A stretch of DNA of 63,237 nt, the filler included, from Globobulimina sp. (lineage: Eukaryota): the NCBI GenBank assembly GCA_003354225.1. It is 25 parts of 25 records of this genome, joined end to end, with 100 filler letters (N's around TTAATTAATTAA, not from the genome) between each part and the next. Parts side by side here need not be neighbours in the genome. Positions count along the whole stretch, not along the records: positions 58,275 to 60,706 come from PIVH01006719.1; positions 60,807 to 63,237 come from PIVH01006720.1; 23 more parts are not named here. One strand, given 5' to 3'. The position numbers and the translations under genes are program-made. Under the pieces are notes generated by a model. The model saw only the letters and a list, made by a program, of their open reading frames with translations. It searched no databases and had not been told where the DNA came from. The first letter of the stretch is position 1; each line of letters begins with the position of its first letter. Positions 58,295 through 63,237 of this stretch are shown here, in pieces.

Positions 58295-60706
58295 ATGTAT
58301 CTCACACTGTTCACAAGTTGCATTTTTATCTCATTTATCCTCGTATCGTCAAACCCTTACGAATATCAACAATACACGTTTTATTACGAAACCTCAGTAT
58401 ATCCATTAAAAACGCAAAATGAATTTGATCCAAACACTTCACCTGATTCTAACCAGTCCCATTCCGCTTCATCACTCAACACAAGCCTCAATATCGACAA
58501 CCTCTCCATTGATATTTTAAAAAGCTCAGATCGACCATATATTATCAGCATAAACAACAACATGAATCAACAACTCTCGCTCAACTACGATGCCGATGAA
58601 GAATTCAATTCCATTGAAATCTGGTACACCCCGCATCGACAAAAGCGACGTTTACGACTTTGCACTTGGCGGCATACCTATCGCTGTGGGTGGTGGGGTA
58701 GGAGTCGTTGCAGCCATCACCATCATCATTGGTGTGCGCCTATTGCCCCTCCCAGACATGGTACGGCATAAAACAATATACATAATATAATATGCGATTT
58801 TGCGATAGCTAGCATACTGAAAACATAATATACTCCATATACTGTATACTGTGACAGATAAATATTGGAATGCCAGAGAAAAGCGCGTGGGCAGATTCAC
58901 AGCTTACTATCCAGGCAAACACCGCATGCATTGGTACCATTACTGGGGCTGTGCCCATCACTGCAGAGTGAGTAGAGGCGGCCTGGCCTCTATCCACAGC
59001 AAACACGAAAACGACCAAATGAAGGCCGCCTGTTACGACGTGCACGTCAACCCGCACGCCTCCAACCAACGCGACTATTCGGGCGTGTGGCGCGGCCACA
59101 GCTGCTACATCGGTTTGGTGCGGCCCTTCCATCACTGGGATAACCGCAAAAAGGTGTCCTTCACCCATTGGTACCCGGGCGAACCCAACAATGTATGTAC
59201 TATGTACTTGTCTGTGTGTTGTGTACTGATAAACGTCTATTGTCACAGTGGGGGCATAGTGAAGATTGCACCGAATCCTATATCTGGCACGACGGCCGCT
59301 GGAACGATCTTAGTTGCCATCACAAGCGCAGCTGCGCCTGTCAAGACCCTCGCGGCATAGTGCACGGCAAATATGTGGGCGTACAAGCGGTGCGGCCGCA
59401 GCATAGCGCCAAGTTGATTTGCAACCAATTGTATGGCACGGAGCTGGCCACCATCACTTCAGATGAGGATAACAAGCAAGTCAAGGAATTGTGTGATAAA
59501 ATCTGTATGAAATTCTCGCATTGTGAGTGTTATGTCGGTTTGAAACATCCTTTTGAAGAATGGGAGGATGGAACGAGTGCAGAGGACAAGTACACGAATT
59601 GGTATCCGCGGCATCCGTGGCAAGGACATTACCATCAATGTACGACTGTGGTGCCATTCAATCCGTGGGCGGGCAGATGGAACAATTTGCATTGCGCCTA
59701 TCAGCGCTATTTCATCTGTAACGCGCAGACCGCGATAGAACGCATGGATTACCACGAAAGGGAGCAGCTGATCGCAAAGAGGATGCAGAGACATAAGGTG
59801 CGGTGGGGCAGGTACCAGGAGGCTGCGCGGAGGAAGAAAATCCGGAAAGCGTTCTTCGAGAAGTTGAAGGCACAGAGGGCCGAGATGCGGAAACATCGAC
59901 GCGAGCAGCAGCAGAAAATGAGGGAGTATTACAGACAAATGGCGTTCAAATCTGCCATGTCGAATTCGCAGAGCCAGTTTAATTTTGGCGCCGCGCAGAG
60001 CGGCGGGTATCAGCGTGGTGGGTATGGCGCGTTTGGTGGCCATTCGGCGTTTTATGGCGATCGCTATAATAAGAGACGAAGGCTACGGGCGGGGATTGAG
60101 GAGAACAGCGAGGCGTATCAGAGGAAGAAAGATTTGCGACTACAGATTGAGAATAAGAAGCGAAGGAAGACGGAGCTGTTCCGTGCGGATAAGAAGAAGA
60201 TGCGTGAGACTGATGATGATGCCATGTTTTATGAGCGGGTGTTTGGTTTGGATGAGTTTGCCAATATCGATGAGGAGCTACGTGAGGCGGAGGAGGACGT
60301 GAATCCGTCGCCGATGAGATGTGTCATTGTGAGGAATGAAGGGAAATTGTATGAGTTGTGTTTGAATGATGATAAGTTGGAGATTGCTAAGTATATGAAA
60401 AAGACATTGCGATATGAGGGGAATGAGAGTGTTGGTTATTATCCGCCGGAACCTCCGGATGTGTATGGTAATGATGGAGAGGTTCCACATAAAATAGTTA
60501 ATTTTGATGAATTTGAGCAGTTTGGATATGGGGAAGCAATGCGGATAAATGATTTGGGCAACGATTCGTTGTCAATATCGAAGATGGAGATGGTGCAATA
60601 TTTGCGCATTAATGAGTTCATATATGACCATGAGAATAATCACAAGAAACAATGCTATGCCGACGAGGATAATGAGTATGAGATATGTTTGGAGTTTAAA
60701 GAGGAT
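58295..60706 (+). CDS. Secreted protein with two C-type lectin domains; introns 58761-58857 and 59193-59248; 3'-truncated
   Basis: Signal peptide; LASIHS..EN, W.PGEPNN..EDC....WNDL.C; second CTLD LATITS..DN...WNNLHC....FIC; the introns restore the frame. Confidence 0.85.
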
Positions 60707-60997
60707 NNNNNNNNNNNNNNNNNNNNNNNNNNNNNNNNNNNNNNNNNNNNTTAATTAATTAANNNNNNNNNNNNNNNNNNNNNNNNNNNNNNNNNNNNNN
60801 NNNNNNGCGCCAGCGCCAAAAATACGCTGTGTGTGGAACACTATATATTTTTATGTTATTTTTGTGTTTGTTCCTTTCGTTACATCTATTTAATATTATA
60901 AGTACTTTGCCCACTTTCGTCAAAGCAAAAAACCTCTCTGTACACACAAGTCACTCTACACACACTACCACCATATAACACACACATAACACAATAG

Positions 60998-62836
60998 TTA
61001 CGTTTAAAAAACGAGTGGCTCAGCAAATTACAGCGCTTACCATCCAAAACAGTCCTTCAACGAAAAATCTATAATTTAAATGCTTGGAAAAAAGAGGCCA
61101 AAACACATCGGTCCAAATTGGCGATCGAGAAGCTGATGGTAGAATTAGAGCTCGGCTTTGATTTAGGTTTTGACATAAAAAATCGGCCAGAGCCCCGACA
61201 TAAAGTCCGTAACCCACCAGCTGATTGTAACACTAGTATCGGTCTTTCGAAAACCGTTTTTAAGTGGTATACAAAAAACCAGTTACTTGGCCCGTTTACC
61301 ACGGAAGAAGCCAGAAAAATTGGTGTCACGGTAAGCCCCATTCACGGTGTACCAAAACCAGACGGATCAACACGACCCGTCATTAACCACTCTTACCCGA
61401 AAAGACGTTTTGAAACATCTGTCAATGGACATCTTGACGAAGATCTATGCACCGTCCAATACATTAACTTGCAGGCAATCGTGGCAACCGTACAAAGAGA
61501 AGGCCCCGGGGCTTGGGTATGGACACGTGACTTGGAAGATGGTTACTTCAACTGTATCCCTAGACAAGAACAAATGAAATTTTTAGCCTTCCCATGGGCC
61601 GGAAAAATATGGATACCAACAGTCATGACGTTCGGTTTAAGCTCTGCTCCAAAAATTTTTACTGACTTTATGACGGTACCCTTAAAAGCTATCCGACAAT
61701 TGGATCCAGCAATCTCATATCGAGAGTGCAAAGACGATAAGGTTTTTCCGATATTGATGAAAAACGAGCCGGATAAAATTGTCAGTTTTTGCCACAATAT
61801 TTACCCCTTAATTCGAAGCTACGTCGACGATATCATAGGGGTCCATAAAAATCACGAGGCAGCCTTGCGACAATTTGAGAACGCCGGGAGAAAATTAGAG
61901 GAGCTTAACCTAAGACCAAAAATTAAAAAAGATCAACACCCCTCGCAAGCAGCGATAGTTTTAGGTGCGTTGATTGATACCGTTAGGCAGCGAGTATTTT
62001 TACCAGACGAAAAAAGAAAACGGTACATCACAGATATTGAGGAAGTCCTTCAACTTCACAGGGTACATAAATCCCGGATTCATACAATCATTGGCAGAAC
62101 ACGACATAGTGCCCAGTTTTCACGACCACTTGCCGTGTTGGCTCGTAACTTAGACGCTTTTGTGTATGCAACCCCACCAACACAGCAATATGTCGATATG
62201 AACAACGACCTGCGCGATGATTTACGTTTCATCATCTGGGGAATTAATTTCGCAGCCGATACCGGCTCATCCTTTGATTATGTTGTAAAACCAGCGAATT
62301 CTGCTGACATCATCGGATATACAGATGCAGCCAAGGTTTATGGAGGTGTTGGTGGCTATTTACATGAACAAAAAGGAAGTTGGTTTCAGTGTCATTGGAA
62401 TAATATAGAAATGTCAGATCCCACTAAACGGGATATACAGTGGAGAGAGTTGGTCGCTGTCTATATTCTGTTAAAAATTAACAAAGAGCGACTACGCAAT
62501 AAAGCAATTACTGTTTATTGTGACAATGAACCCGTGTGTTGGATGATTAGTAAATTTCGGGCGGTTTTAACTAGACCCGACTTGCAGTGTGTCCTGCGAA
62601 AAATTGGTCAACTATTGATTGAGAACGAAATTCATTTATGGATGGAACATATCGCAGGAGAGAAAAATATCACTGCGGATAGATTATCTCGGTTTTATTA
62701 TAACCCTCTGAGTGAGTGTGCTGTGCCACTTAAAAACAGAGCTACCAGATGTCAGAAGGAAGTACAAGAGATCACTACATTATGTGAAAAATTCGAGATT
62801 GACCGACAGTATTTGATAAAAGACAAACAAGACTGA
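60998..62836 (+). CDS. Reverse transcriptase/RNase H of copy B (frame open from 60998, no ATG at its 5' end)
   Basis: GPF, SPI.GVPKPDG..R...NHS.P...SVN, DLEDGY, FGLSSAP.IF, YVDD, YTDA, ELVA, CDN, N..ADRLSR. Confidence 0.92.
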   Translation, partial: LRLKNEWLSKLQRLPSKTVLQRKIYNLNAWKKEAKTHRSKLAIEKLMVELELGFDLGFDIKNRPEPRHKVRNPPADCNTSIGLSKTVFKWYTKNQLLGPFTTEEARKIGVTVSPIHGVPKPDGSTRPVINHSYPKRRFETSVNGHLDEDLCTVQYINLQAIVATVQREGPGAWVWTRDLEDGYFNCIPRQEQMKFLAFPWAGKIWIPTVMTFGLSSAPKIFTDFMTVPLKAIRQLDPAISYRECKDDKVFPILMKNEPDKIVSFCHNIYPLIRSYVDDIIGVHKNHEAALRQFENAGRKLEELNLRPKIKKDQHPSQAAIVLGALIDTVRQRVFLPDEKRKRYITDIEEVLQLHRVHKSRIHTIIGRTRHSAQFSRPLAVLARNLDAFVYATPPTQQYVDMNNDLRDDLRFIIWGINFAADTGSSFDYVVKPANSADIIGYTDAAKVYGGVGGYLHEQKGSWFQCHWNNIEMSDPTKRDIQWRELVAVYILLKINKERLRNKAITVYCDNEPVCWMISKFRAVLTRPDLQCVLRKIGQLLIENEIHLWMEHIAGEKNITADRLSRFYYNPLSECAVPLKNRATRCQKEVQEITTLCEKFEIDRQYLIKDKQD

Positions 62837-62949
62837 CTTTCTTGATAGCATTTTACTTGTTTAACTAAAAAATTGTTTTTTTTTTTTTTATATATTTTCA
62901 TCTCATTTTTTCACATTTTCAAAACACTAACATTCCTTCACATTTTCAG

Positions 62950-63237
62950 TTCGCACTCGAAGACAGGACAGCATACGATTTAGGCTTAGCGGCTGACGCA
63001 GAACGAACGAAAAAGAATGATGCATCATACATCCGGTACTATTTCAAATTTTGCAAAATAAAACAGTTACACACTTTGAATTTCGTTACCGAGATGACAC
63101 CGGAAAAAATGATGGGTCGGTTTTTAGGTTGGTTATATTGGGAAAAAACCTTCAAAGGTAAAGATATACCTCACGGAGTTGCTAAAGTTTGCCTAACAGC
63201 TCTAGGCAAATATTGGAATGATAATGGATTAACTTTC
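62950..63237 (+). CDS. Tyrosine recombinase N-terminus of copy B (not in the ORF track; runs off the window)
   Basis: Open frame FALEDRTAYDLGLAADAERTKKNDASYIRYYFKFC...MGRFLGWL...LTAL..YW...G, resembling a YR core-binding domain, in the expected position. Confidence 0.65.

Larger units (their letters stand above)
60807..63237 (+). mobile_element. DIRS/PAT/Ngaro-like tyrosine-recombinase retrotransposon, partial (copy B)
   Basis: Intact RT-RNase H followed by a YR-like N-terminus. Confidence 0.88.

Noticed and set aside
2437-60806. Regularly spaced TTAATTAATTAA palindromes as a biological repeat or array
   Set aside because: Always embedded in N-runs; this is an artificial six-frame-stop linker. 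ORFs ending in X...LIN are artefacts.

Overview
This window is not one locus. It is a concatenation of 25 short contigs (each about 2.43 kb) joined by 100-nt N-linkers containing TTAATTAATTAA, so adjacency across linkers means nothing. Most contigs come from an AT-rich, intron-containing protist; the gene families (SAM, SPRY, TLDc, Sel1, a recurrent 'C..IKR....YY...LDDY.H' domain) suggest a foraminiferan/rhizarian, which is inference. Recognisable host genes include a Patched/NPC1-like protein, SAMHD1, a WWE-PARP, SNAPC3, MSH4, CTL/SLC44, an MFS transporter, a C-type lectin and a profilin-like protein. There is one bacterial contig (wzm/wzt plus type IV minor pilins), one phage contig (tail fibre plus lysis region), and several bacterial fragments fused to eukaryotic DNA (cysN, rimI, methyltransferase, Ser/Thr kinase), probably chimeras. 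Mobile DNA includes two DIRS/PAT/Ngaro-like tyrosine-recombinase retrotransposons whose ORFs appear to start at splice acceptors, and nested MITEs. The most striking object is a complete 2,057-bp element (5191-7247) with a 6-bp TSD, inserted in a host exon. Its ~205-bp TIRs each contain their own ~32-bp inverted repeat. It has no transposase, and its interior is three small gene units bounded by the palindrome TGACGTCA with shared 5' and 3' flanks.
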